Source: Heptranchias perlo
Lineage: Eukaryota
Assembly (NCBI RefSeq): GCF_035084215.1
Contig: NC_090365.1
Span: 4,898,001-4,962,000, forward strand
DNA length: 64,000 nucleotides
Direction: 5' to 3'
The notes beneath the pieces are model-generated. The model was not told the DNA's origin. It saw only the letters and a list, made by a program, of their open reading frames with translations, and did not search any database. Within the stretch, counting starts at the first letter, position 1. Each line of letters starts with the position of its first letter. Below, piece by piece: positions 49,101 through 60,293 of the stretch. A program made the position numbers and the translations under genes.

Positions 49101-52100
49101 TGTCCGCACTGCCCCCTTATTCTAGCTCGCCGTCAAGGAGGTTCTGGAGTGTTCCATACTGACGATGTCTCCTGTGCGGTCATCCTGGCCTCAGTGCCAT
49201 CGTGCTCTCGGGGTTATATTTTCAACAGTTGCTCTTTCGAAGAGACGGCGCAGGCACAATGGGCCGAACGGCCTCCTTCTGCACTGTAAGATTCTATGGG
49301 TAAGAGGTTACATTACAACAGCCGCTGATGTGAACAGTTGTCTTTTTGTACAGGTCTGCGGAGTGGAGCCAGGTCACTGACATCAAACGCTGTCCGCAGG
49401 TGGTGCACCTGGAAGATGGAGAGTTTTGGTAAGATCATTCATTCTCTAATAGCAGCCTCCCTATTTTCACTCTCCCCTCCCTCCCTCCCTAGCCCCCCTT
49501 TCACCCCATCCCCTCTCCTCCCCCTCCCCCCTCCCCCCTCTTCCCTCCCTCCCTCCCTCCCTATCCCCCCCGTCCCCCTCCCTCCCTATCCCTCTCGAAC
49601 CCCATCCTCCTCCCTCTCGACCCCCATCCTCCTCCCTCTCGACCCCCATCCTCCTCCCTCTCGACCCCCATCCTCCTCCCTCTCGACCCCCATCCTCCTC
49701 CCTCTCGACCCCCATCCTCCTCCCTCTCGACCCCCATCCTCCTCCCTCTCGACCCCCATCCTCCTCCCTCTCGACCCCCATCCTCCTCCCTCTCGACCCC
49801 CATGCTCCTCCCTCTCGACCCCCATGCTCCTCCCTCCGGCCCCCATCCTCCTCCCTCTCGACCCCCATCCTCCTCCCTCCGGCCCCCATGCTCCTCCCTC
49901 CGGCCATCCCTCTCTCTCTCTCTCTCCCTCTTCCCTCCACCCAATCCTCTTCTTTCCCCCATCCTCTCCTCCCTCTCCCCCTTTCTCCCTCCCCCCATCC
50001 TCCTCCCTCCTCCCATCCTCCTCCCTCCTTCGCCATCCTCTCCCCACTGAGCCACGGTCGACACCATCATTAACGAGAGCGGTTGCGGTGTGTAGGTTGG
50101 TTCCCACTCTGCCGCTGATTGATCCGATTATTTTCCTGCCTCACTGACTCTGATCCGTGTTTGCTTTATTCAGGATGTCCGTCGAGGACTTCAAGAAAAA
50201 TTTTGCCTGTCTGGAAATCTGCCACCTGAGCCTGGATCAGCTGTCTAACCCGGATGGGAAGCTGAAGCCCTGGGTACAGATGATGTACGAGGGGCGCTGG
50301 GTTCGGGGGTTCTCGGCCGGAGGCAACTTGCACTACAAAGGTAGGACACACACAGAGCTTCAGCAATCACTTCCCTTTGCGCCCCCGCCCTCAATTTTCT
50401 ATCTCCCCTCCCCTGACCCATTCTGGGGTACAGTTGCATGGGTGCCAGCAGCCCTACTGTACCTTGCCCAAGATGCCACTCTTTATGCGAATGAATGTCA
50501 GCAGGATATTCGGCTGTGAAAGGCATCACAGCCAGGTTCAACCCTGCCCTCACCCAAATGTACACATTTTCCAGTAGGGATCTCCCCTCCCTCGTCCAAC
50601 GCCCATTCCGTCACTCCAGCCGAGACCCCCTTGCGACAGTCAAAACTTGGCTCTTGTGCCTTTTTACTGGCATCTCAAGATGTTCTCGCTGACTTACGCT
50701 GGCGCCTTGTCCCCCAATACATTGAATTTAAAATCCTCATCCTTATTTTTAAATCCCTCCACATCCTTGTCTTGCACTATCTCTGCAACCTCCTCCAGCC
50801 TTGCATGTCCTCCGTCTCTGGCCTTTTGTGCATCTCCTCTCTCCATTTATCCCTACTCACAAATTCCCTCTCTAATCCCCTCCACCTCTCTTCTCACAGT
50901 CAAAAACCTTCTTAAAACTCATCTTTTTAACCAAGCTTTCAGTCACCCCTCCCAAACCACCCACCTTGACTCAGAGTCTGTTTCTTTGTTCCTTTTATTT
51001 ATTTTTTTCTCCTGTCTCTGTAAAGCACCTTGGGGCGTTTTCCACATTGAAGGGACGATATAAATGCAAGTTGTATTTTCTTAAATACAGTTCTTCCTAT
51101 AACAGATTGGTAGTAATATACTAAAGTAGCCCAGTGACAACACTTGGAGTCTACTTGTATCATCTAGTGTCCGGCAGATCCTTCATCGTCGCTGAGTCAA
51201 AATCCTGGAGCTCCCTCCCTAACAGCACTGTGGGAGCACCTTCACCATATGGATTGCAGCGGTTCAAGACGACGGCTCACCACCACCTTCTCAAGGGCAA
51301 CTAGTGATGGGCAATAAATGCCAGCCTTGCCAGCGATGCCCATCTGGTGGTAGGAACAATTTGAGATGATGATCGAAGAGGATCACACAAGATACGTGTG
51401 TGTATCAAGAGCGATCTTATTTCCCCCTATAGTGTGTTGGTAAAAGCCCAGTGACAACACCAGGGGTCTTACTCTTAGTGGTAATTTTGCCAGGCACAGC
51501 CTCACAAGCGGCGACAGGGCTACAATAGCGTAGCGCCAATTTTCCGATGCACGCCCATCGTTAGTGAGTCGCAGCACTGGGAACGGAGCCTCGTAAAAAG
51601 ACCTCCTCAGAACCCAATATCCGACAGGTTGCCCTTGGGCAGGTGGGTGGGTATTGTAACACGGTCACTGAAGGATGGGAGCTGTTTCTGTGCCAGGTCC
51701 CCCCGAGGCTCGTGCCGAGTGGTACAGAGAGTCTGTGCGTGAATCTCTTTGATCTGCTGCTTTTCAGACAAGTACTACTGGATGAACCCACAGTTTAAGC
51801 TTGCCCTGTTTGAAGAAGACGATGACCCCGATGACCCCGAGGTGGCCTGCACGTTCCTGGTGGTCCTGATGCAGAAACACAGGCGGCGAATGAGGCTAAT
51901 GGGAGTCAACTTCCTGTATGTGGGGTTCGACATCTTTAAGGTGAGATTGTGCTGTGTGTTCTCTGTACTCTTCTGAAACCCCCCCCTCTGAATGAGTAAC
52001 TACACCCCCACTGCATCTGTTCCTTTTCACAGGGAGACCCTAGAAAACCTTACTTGACGTACGAGGATTTGCAGAAAGCAACGCCCGTGCTCTCCACAAA

Positions 52101-55100
52101 GGAGCACAGGAACAGCACTGAGATCATGATACGCGGCTGCCTCCCGCCGGGCCATTACATCATCATTCCATCAACCGCCAATCCCAACGAAGAGGGAGAA
52201 TTCCTTCTGCGAGTCTTCACTGAGAAGGGTAACTCTGCAGTGTAAGCACCAGTTTCCCTCTCTCAATGCAAAGAACCAGAGAGACATTTCTTTTTAACGC
52301 AGCGAGTTGTTATGATTTGGAATGCGCTGCCTGAAGGGGCATTGGAAGCAGATTCAATAGGGAATTGGATAAATACTTGAAAAGGAAAAATTTGCAGGGC
52401 TATGGGGAAAGAGCGCGGCGATTGGGACTAATTGGATAGCTCTTTCGAAGAGCCGGTACAGGTACGATGGGCACCTTCTGTGCTATGTGATTCTATGAAT
52501 AGTGCCAACTTGTTAGCTCCCGCGATGGCTCAGTGAGTTTATCCAGTGAGTCTCTGAGCCAGGAAGGTTCCAGGTTTGATTCCTCATCTGTGCTGAATTA
52601 ACTGATCTCCACCCAGAGATACTGCGGCTGGCCTCAATGCACCTGGTTCAGGGAGGGCGGGAAACTCAGCATCCACTGCAGGAAGGTGAATGCTGGTGGA
52701 CATCAGGTGAGGTGACAGGATTGGACTGCAGTTTCCGCCTCCCACCATCAAATAGCCTGGCAACACTCATGGTAAACCTGACACATGTCGGGCTAGGTCC
52801 AGCAGGCCACTCCGAGCTTGTGGAACGCGCCTCGGCCAGCAACAGTCACGATGGGATGGGAGAAAATTGTTGGATGGCGGGTTTCCCTTTGACAGTCCAC
52901 CTCTCGCAGGAGATTAAGTCAGGAAGGTGCATGGTGTGAGTTAATGAGCTTTTAAGTATCATATTAAAACCCCAAGTGTTAGGGGCAGGTTTTCCTGGAT
53001 TCGGTTTTGGCCAAAAAAATGTCTTTCTCAAACCTCATGACTCCACTTGACTGTGTGAAAGTCAGTCAGATCCTTCGCTGACTCATTAAACCAGGCCCTG
53101 GTGATGCCCCTTCTGCCCTCGCCGGTCAGGTGCCCCAATCATGCCCCCACTTCACCAACTCAAGAGCCAACACCCAGGAGCAAGATCTGTCCTTGCAGTT
53201 GGAAAATTGAGCATGGCTGATGGAGGAGGGAATTAATTGAAAGCAGAGACAATAAACATGAGAAACCATTTGGCAAAGTCCTTGCACGTATCAAAGGACA
53301 GGCTGACTTTGAAACTCTGATCCGTAGACGATGAAGTGAAATGAATCACAAAATGTACCCACATTATTCTCGGGCAGTGCACTTGGATTGATTAATGCTT
53401 CTGTCTTCCAGGCCTGCAGAGAGGAACACCTCATCCTCTGACATTCCACAGGCAAGTGCAGATATATGTATGTGTGTGTGTGTGTTGTGTGTGTTTTTTA
53501 TTCATTCTCGGGATGCAGGCGTCGCTGGCAAGGCCGGCATTTATTGCCCATCCCTAGTTGCCCCTTGAGAAGGTGGTGGTGAGCTGCCTTCTTGAACCGT
53601 TGCAGTCCGTGTGGTGAAGGTTCTCCCACAGTGCTGTTAGGTCAGGAGTCCCAGTTACAATGAAGGAACAGCTGATATATGTCCATATCAGGATGGTGTG
53701 TGACTTAGAGGGGAACTTGGAGGTGGTGTTGTTCCCGTGCACCTGCTGCGCTTGTCCTTCTAGGTGGTGGAGGTCGCGGGTTTGGGAGGTACTATTGAAG
53801 AAGCCTTGGCGAGTTGCTGCAGTGCATCCTGTAGAAGGTACACACTGCAGCCACAGTGCGCTGGTGGTGGAGGGAGTAGATATTTAAGGTGGTGGATGGG
53901 GTGCCGATCAAGTGCACTGCGTGTGTCATTTCTCACCTCATGCAAAGAACAGTGCCACTTGTCTGTTAATAAGAATTCCCTCGATGGTTCATTTGATTAA
54001 TGCACACGAGTCATACAGAACACGAAGGCCACGTCTTTCATCTCAAGTGTGTCTGGAGCGAGCTGATCTTGCAAAACAAATTATTAAGAAATAATCCAAT
54101 TAAATAATGTATTTTAGTGGTCTTATTGGATTAGAACTGGTAAACACGCATATTAAGAGCACAGAACTGTAAATATTGATTGCATGTGTGCTTTAATTTT
54201 CAGGTTCCACCTCCCCTCGCATCCTGCCCACTTCCCTCTGCCGCAGAATCCAAGGAATTGTTTGACAGGTTCTGTGGATCGGTGAGTTTGCGTTTAATTT
54301 CCCCTCTAATTTTCTTCTGTCCTCTCGCGAGGATGCGGACTCCTTTCTGGGGGTATCCCAGTAACCGTGGCTGCAGGTTCAGCGATCGTATGGGGCATCA
54401 ACCATGTTTATTTTCCAAAGTAACAAAGTAAAGAGGCTGTTTGACCGAGCGAGAGGGGCGGTGGGCAGGTGGGCAGGTGGTCATGTGATGAAACCTCCAG
54501 GAATACGTCCAACCAGAGTTGGCAATCCGAGGAAGGGAGCAAATGATAGAGAAATGCACCATTTTGTTAATGATCTTCGCTCCTAGGGAGGGGGAGGGGA
54601 CACCTTTTAAAACCACTGCGTCAGTTTTGTGCTTGCTTTTTACTGCCACTTGTTCCCTCTTGCAGGATGACGCTATTTCAGCGTTGGAGCTACAGAAAGT
54701 ACTGGCAAAAATCCTGCAGAAAAACGGTAACTCAACTTCCACTGTCAGAGTGAAGCACAGGCACGAGACACTCCGATAATCTGCCCCGCAGATTCACAGA
54801 ATGATACTGGGGCTAAAAGAGTTAAATTATGAGGACAGGTTGCACAGACTAGGCTTGTATTCCCTTGAATATAAGGGGTGATCTAATTGAGGTGTTCAAG
54901 ATGATTAAAGGAGTTGATAAGGGTAGATAGAGAGAAACTATTTCCTCTGGTGGGGGGAAGTCTAGAACAAGGGGGGCATAACCCTAAAATTAGAGCTAGG
55001 CCGTTCAGGGGTGATGTCAGGAAGCACTTCTTCACACAAAGGGGAGTGGAAATCTGGGACTCTCTCCCCCCAAAAAGCTGCTGAGGCTGGGGGTCAATTG

Positions 55101-58100
55101 AAAATTTCAAAACTGAGATTGATAAGATTTTTGTTGAGTAAGGGGTATTAAAGGTTATGGAACCAAGGCGGGTAAATGGAGTCAAGATACAGATCGGCCA
55201 TGATCTAATTAAATGGTGGAACAGGCTCAAGGGGCTGAATGGCCTCCTGTTCCTGTGCAGCCTCCAGGTTTTCTCCGCCGTGACAAGTGAAATGTGAGGT
55301 GTCGTGAGCAGGAAGAGAGTCGCAGGATTGCACAGTTAGCCCGAGAGGGGAGAAGTTATGAACACAGTACACACGCTGCATTAAAAATACAAAATGCTGG
55401 TATTACACAGCAGGTCAGTTCAGCATCTTAGAGAAAAGACAGGTTATGTGGTTTTGGTTGTGTACCCTTCAACTGAGCTGAAGACCGAAAGATGAACAGG
55501 CCTTTTAGTTAGGCTGGAAAACTTGAGAGGAAAAGTGGAGAAAATCAACAATTAGTGATAATGCATGAGGCCTAAACTGCTTAATGGGAAACTGTTAGAT
55601 ATAAAAAATCATCAGTGAGGTGATGGAGAATCATTAAAAGGAAGTGCAAATAATGTAAGGGCAACACCATGGGCTCGGACCCACATCTGACGAAGGGCAA
55701 GGATTCAGAAACCATTCCAATTTTCTGAGGGGTTTGTTATATTTTTGCCCCAATTCTCTCGCTCTTGCTGTCGCTCTCCTGATTTCTGCTGGGCTACAGG
55801 TCCACAGGTGCCAATAGCCATCTGCGACCTCACCCAAGTGAGTTTCAGCACCCACTTTCTCTAGCTGATAAATCACAGCCAGGAGCAATCCTGGTCTCAC
55901 CTGGACAGAAAGGATCCCCGCACTATTCGAAGAAGAGCAGGGGAGTTCTCCCCGGTCTCCTGGCCAATATTAATCCCTCAAACAACAACACTAAAACAGA
56001 TTATTTGGTCATTTATCTCATTGCTGTTTGTGGAATCTTGCTGTGCGCAAATTGGCTGCCACGTTTCCTACATTACAACAGTGACTACAGTTCAAAAAGT
56101 ACTTCATTAGCTGTAAAGAGCTTTGGGATGTCCTGAATACGTGAAAGATACTGAATAAATGCAAGTTCTTTGCTTCTTTAGCTTCAGGGAACTCGCTGAA
56201 TTGATTTTCATTGCTGTGTCACAGTGATGTTTTCTCTCTCTCTCTCTCTCTAGGTCTTGATGAGAAGTGGGGTGAGTTTGGTCTGGATGCCTGCAAGAGC
56301 CTCGTTTCCCTGACAGATGTATCCTGCTCACGGTGCCTGCTGTAGTGTAGAGACACTGGTTCTGGATGGTTAATTGTTAGGTCTGCATTGCTCCTTTCCA
56401 GTTTCCTCCTCTCCTCTCCCACAGGCTCAGGCTGGGATACGGTTCCTCAGGAGTTCCCCAAGCGGCCATTCTTCACGTGTGAGCCTAGATTTTGCAATCT
56501 GCCGGCAGTGGCCCGGTTACTTTAACTGTGCTTGCAGGCAATTCGACCATGAAGGCATGACAGCTGATCCCAAACCTGTCCATACACACACTTTCCATCA
56601 GGAGTCTCTGGAGAGCAGTCAGGAGTAGGAACACTGTCTGATTTATTTTTGTAACCTCTCGAGCCCAAAGGCACTGAGGTCAATTGTAGCCCAACACCTT
56701 TTAAAAAAATATATCTTTTTGCTTCCAGATTTTCAACAGTACAGAGAAATACAAGAGCACAGAGCAGGGTGTGTACAGCAAGCACGTTTGGCCTATAAAT
56801 GGGCAAGTGAGAGTACTTGTCTATACAGAGCTAACTCCGGGTACAGTGACCAGGATGATATAATTGTCTGATAATCCAGGTGGATTCAGTGGAGCACATG
56901 AGGTCAGGAGACGTTAATGGTTACATGATCTGGAGCTCACGAGTGGTAGGATGCTGGTTTGTTTTCCACCCCACATGACGAGGTTGGAATCTGAACCGTG
57001 TTGTCCAGGCTTGTAGCCAAGGTCAAATATTTACTGAGGCAAACACGGGCATCTTTCCCATGGTAGGCATGGCTGCCCTGCTCACAACAAATATGGCCGC
57101 CTTGCCCACAACAAACATGGCTGACCACTTTTTTTTGGTATCCTACTATTGCACTGCTACATCCTGTGTGTATTTTAGTGAGTTGCTTTTATATTTCTTA
57201 TAATCTGTAGTAACATTTTGCATTCAAACCCTTTCTCGTGCATTTGCTGGCCTTCACCTCAGGACAGGAAAGGAGTTGCCTCGGTGACTGCCTGGGTTTC
57301 CTCGGTGGTGCCTATGGCCCTGGTGCCATTGGTGGGGAGCTGATGGCGTGGAATACCCTGCCAATACTCGCCGTCTGGGCTTGTACACGAACGAGGGCCA
57401 GTTTGGGGCGGAAAGTGGAAATTGGAGGGAAGGGGAGACATATCAGGCTGAGCTCATGCGCCTCCCAACGGCCAACAGTAGTGTTGCAGGGGCTTGGGGC
57501 TTGTGCTGCACTGGAATGGGTGAGAAGTGGGCACAGAAGAGACTGGGAGAAAGTAAATACCTCTTTTTTCAAAAAAAAAGTCTAAAACTGTGCAGATTTT
57601 ATTGGAAATTGATATAAGGATTGAGTGTAAACACATATCACTTCCTGTTCTCAAATCTTGGATTTTTTTTTGAACTCTTGGTAATTGAATTATTCCTTAA
57701 CTCAGGATAAACTCAGAGCCGTGGGTTTGGAAAAATGGGATTTGAGGGATTCAGCAATCTCTGGAGTAAAATCTGCCAATGGACGGTGAGTAACTGGAAG
57801 AGGGCACTTTACTCTAAGCTGGGATATAGCATAGAGTTTAACCTAACTGTACATGGCAGTACCAGTGATAGGGGGACTGGGGGGGTTACTGCAACTGGTC
57901 TCCAGCCCACCCTCTTCCTCTGAGGAATGTGCCCTACAGGGGAGGAGAGCTCCAATTCACCCCTTTTTTCCCCTTCCACTTTCCAGAAGGTGCTGGGTTA
58001 TGATTCCACAGGTGCCACCAGCCCTGCAGATCTCTTTCTCCCCCCGCCCCCAAACTGGCCCTCACTCGTGTACAAGCGCAGACGGCGAGTGTCAGCAGGG

Positions 58101-60293
58101 TATTCGACCGTGGGGCGCATCACGACCAGGTCCTCGATGGTTACAGACCCACCTTTTCCAGCAGGAGTCACTGGATAGTGATGAGAGGCAGGAGCCCTGG
58201 CTGACTTTGCCCTTCCCCAACACAAGGGGAACCAAAGCCAGTTGTCGTATCGTCACTGACACTCTGGTTGAGATCAGCTAATCAGCCCGGGGATCGAACC
58301 TGGGACTTTCCTGGTCTGTATTGTTGTTATTCTCCTTGGAGCAGAGAAGGTTAAGGGCCTCGATTTAAAAATTCTTATCCTTGTGTTCAAATCCCTCCAT
58401 GGCCTCACTCCTCCCTATCTCTGTAACCTCCTCCAGCCCTACAACCCTACGAGATCTCTGCGCTCTTCCAATTCAGGCCTCTTGCGCAGCCCCGACTTTC
58501 ATTGCTCCATCATTGGCGGCCGTGCCTTCAGCTGCCTAGGCCCTAAGCTCTGGAATTCCCTCCCCAAACCTCTCCGCCTCTGCACCTCTCTGTCCTTTTA
58601 AGATGCTCCTTAAAATCTACCTCTTTGACCAAGCTTTTGCTCACCTGTCCTAATACGTGGCTTGGTGTCAAATTTTGTCTGATAATCACTCGTGAAGTTG
58701 TTTGAGCCTTACTTTGAACACGGTGAGGATGCTAGAAGGAGGAACAGAGTGCACCATTGTGTGTTTGAAGAACGAGAGGGGAAAGTCTAGCAGAGCAGTG
58801 ACATTGGTAGTAGGACTAAAATAAAAGACAAGAAAGGCTGTGATGTAGAGAGAGAGAGAATGGAGGCTAAATGGGAGAGAGGGACCACACCATCAGACAA
58901 CAAGTTTTTATTTTAATATCCAGTTCAGGAGGTGTAGCCCAGCGCCATCGTTTGAGAAATGCAGAAGTATACAATATGTATCTAAAAAAGATCTGCTGAT
59001 TATTTGTATCACTCAAGAAATTGCAATATATTGTTGACTAACAAAAAACCTTTTGCATTTTATAACTTTCTCCAGCAAGTCTTCAGTCAGTTCGATAAGA
59101 ATGGGTCAGGGACCATGGACAGTAGAGAGATGTTCGGTGCCTTACAAGCAGCAGGTGGGGCAATGGAACTAACTTCAGTCCTATCGAGCACTATTTGCAA
59201 TTAACACGTGTGTCATCTGGTAGGGAAGCAGTACTGCAGCTCCTTTATGTTAATGTTAATTTACTACACAGCTGTAGTTAGCTGGCCATTACTTTCCCGC
59301 TAAAGTCTTCCAAGATATTTTACTTGGGTTACAAAACAGGGGTGGATTAACCAGTATGATGTTGTGACTGGTTTAGTCTAGGATCGAGAGAGATATGAAC
59401 TCATGTCCACACTCCCACCCTCCCCCACGTGATGAGTTCTTGGCCATGCAGTTATGGCCAGACGATTCCCAGCATGGGGTGGGGGACACATGGGATGATT
59501 ACTTAGAATTTTACAGTACAGAAACAAGCCATTCGGCCCAACAGGTCCATGCCAGTATTTATGCTCCACACCCTTCTTCATCTAAACCTATCAGCATTTC
59601 CTTCCACTCCTTTCTCCCCCTTGTGTTTATCCAGCTTCCTCTTTAATGCATCTATGGTATTCACCTCAACCACCTTGCGGTAGCAAGTTCCACATTCTAA
59701 CCATACTCTGGGGTAAAGAAGTTTCTCCTGAATTCCCTATTGGATTTATTAGTGACTATCTTATATTTATGGCCCCCAGTTTTGGGCTCTACCCCCATAA
59801 GTGGAAACATCTTCTCTACGTCTACCCTATCGAACCCCTTCATAATTTTAAAGACCTCTATCAGTTCACCTCTCAGCCTTCTCTTTAGAGAAAAGAGCCC
59901 CAGCCTGTTCAGACTTTCCTGATAGTTATAACCTCTCAGTTCTGGCATCATCCTTGTAGGGTTTTTTTTCACCTTCTCCAGAGCCTCTATATCCTTTTTA
60001 TAATATGGAGACCAAATTGGCAAAGGAATTGGGTCCACGTAGTGATATCAGTGCTCCACTGATTAGAGTTTTTTCCTTGTAAGTTTATTAAACTTGAATG
60101 TAATACAGTTGGATCCAACCTGCTTTGCAAGTGCTGTGGCCAAGTTTTGTCTCATGGTTTGATTACTTTTTCCTAGGATTCCAGGTGGATGAGTTCTTGA
60201 TGCAGCTGATTGGACTGCGATACATGGATCCTGATCTGACCTTCAGTTACGTGAATTTTATTTGCTGCCTGACGAGGCTGGACACTATGATCA
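39919..60293 (+). CDS. CAPN12: Classical calpain large subunit, CAPN12-like (CysPc + C2-like + penta-EF); 18 coding exons found, last exons not located in window
   Basis: Exons join in frame (2029 nt). Catalytic motifs QGALGDCW, GHAYSVT, RNPWG; acidic loop [10 protein letters not shown]; EF-hand [12 protein letters not shown]. The CAPN12 assignment rests on proximity to EIF3K (human EIF3K-ACTN4-CAPN12) and resemblance to recalled fish capn12 ([13 protein letters not shown]), so the symbol is less certain than the family. Confidence 0.8.
40388..40860 (+). mobile_element. Internal RT fragment of the same LINE family as 35426-36610
   Basis: [24 protein letters not shown]...MEYSPLA; no 3' tail. 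Confidence 0.9.
41695..41764 (+). CDS. CAPN12: Calpain exon 2
   Basis: [23 protein letters not shown]. Confidence 0.93.
42824..42942 (+). CDS. CAPN12: Calpain exon 3 (catalytic Cys)
   Basis: [40 protein letters not shown]. Confidence 0.93.
43790..44110 (+). mobile_element. Older tRNA-headed SINE family (many degenerate copies, e.g. about 41930-42260, 52520-52830, and minus copies near 14500-14870, 29740-29960, 58000-58320)
   Basis: Recurrent ACCAGGAAGGTTCCAGGTT.GAT...GCTGAGTTAGCTGATCTCAGCC...CTGGAAAGTGCGT motif. Confidence 0.55.
44181..44410 (-). mobile_element. Poly(A)-tailed retroelement 3' end (L1/Tx1-like)
   Basis: Minus strand ends TTTATGAATAAAGTATATTTTTTGAAAAAAAA after a TGTA-rich UTR. 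Confidence 0.5.
44715..44848 (+). CDS. CAPN12: Calpain exon 4
   Basis: [18 protein letters not shown]...[13 protein letters not shown]; AAG acceptor. Confidence 0.93.
45332..45500 (+). CDS. CAPN12: Calpain exon 5
   Basis: [23 protein letters not shown]...GSIVCCAKP. Confidence 0.92.
46018..46200. repeat. Degenerate ~30-bp tandem repeat (CTGAGTGTTACAGTGAGGGGGA...)
   Basis: About six imperfect copies of the gttacagtgagggg motif. Confidence 0.6.
46427..46498 (+). CDS. CAPN12: Calpain exon 6 (catalytic His)
   Basis: [24 protein letters not shown]. Confidence 0.92.
47109..47194 (+). CDS. CAPN12: Calpain exon 7 (catalytic Asn)
   Basis: [28 protein letters not shown]. Confidence 0.93.
48475..48845 (+). 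mobile_element. L2-type LINE 3' end
   Basis: [19 protein letters not shown]...[17 protein letters not shown]. Confidence 0.88.
49354..49428 (+). CDS. CAPN12: Calpain exon 8
   Basis: [25 protein letters not shown]. Confidence 0.92.
49468..50045. repeat. Polypyrimidine/polypurine tract containing a 22-bp minisatellite (CCCCCATCCTCCTCCCTCTCGA)
   Basis: Period-22 repeat at about 49590-49900 embedded in C/T-rich low-complexity sequence in calpain intron 8. Confidence 0.95.
50174..50340 (+). CDS. CAPN12: Calpain exon 9
   Basis: [18 protein letters not shown]...[18 protein letters not shown]. Confidence 0.92.
51768..51940 (+). CDS. CAPN12: Calpain exon 10 (C2-like domain)
   Basis: [40 protein letters not shown]...GFDIFK. 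Confidence 0.92.
52033..52241 (+). CDS. CAPN12: Calpain exon 11 (C2-like domain)
   Basis: [13 protein letters not shown]...[29 protein letters not shown]. Confidence 0.92.
53412..53451 (+). CDS. CAPN12: Calpain exon 12 (40-nt linker exon with GC donor)
   Basis: ttccag|GCCT...CCACAG|gcaagt; needed to restore phase between exons 11 and 13. Confidence 0.78.
53495..53925 (-). mobile_element. 3' fragment of the same LINE family as 35426-36610
   Basis: Reverse complement of about 36180-36600. Confidence 0.85.
54204..54281 (+). CDS. CAPN12: Calpain exon 13
   Basis: [26 protein letters not shown]; ttcag| ... |gtgagt. Confidence 0.85.
54666..54726 (+). CDS. CAPN12: Calpain exon 14 (EF-1)
   Basis: [20 protein letters not shown]. 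Confidence 0.9.
54792..55255 (+). mobile_element. CR1 3' fragment
   Basis: [20 protein letters not shown] remnants and 3' UTR. Confidence 0.82.
56254..56318 (+). CDS. CAPN12: Calpain exon 15
   Basis: [21 protein letters not shown]; followed by GTATCCTG. Confidence 0.9.
56319..57716 (+). other. U12-type GT-AG intron in calpain penta-EF region
   Basis: Donor GTATCCTG; branch TTCCTTAAC at 57693-57701, 13 nt before the in-frame AG. Confidence 0.88.
57717..57785 (+). CDS. CAPN12: Calpain exon 16 (EF-2)
   Basis: [23 protein letters not shown]; 69 nt, in frame. Confidence 0.88.
58358..58695 (+). mobile_element. L2-type LINE 3' end
   Basis: [19 protein letters not shown]...WNSLP. Confidence 0.87.
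59076..59154 (+). CDS. CAPN12: Calpain exon 17 (EF-3)
   Basis: [26 protein letters not shown]. Confidence 0.92.
59500..60016 (-). mobile_element. CR1 3' fragment
   Basis: [13 protein letters not shown]...[22 protein letters not shown]. Confidence 0.87.
60177..60293 (+). CDS. CAPN12: Calpain exon 18 (EF-4)
   Basis: [39 protein letters not shown]. Confidence 0.92.

Noticed and set aside
49338-50147. 269-aa Pro-rich ORF and antisense Gly/Arg/Glu-rich ORFs
   Set aside because: Translation of a low-complexity C/T tract; the real exon 8 is in another frame
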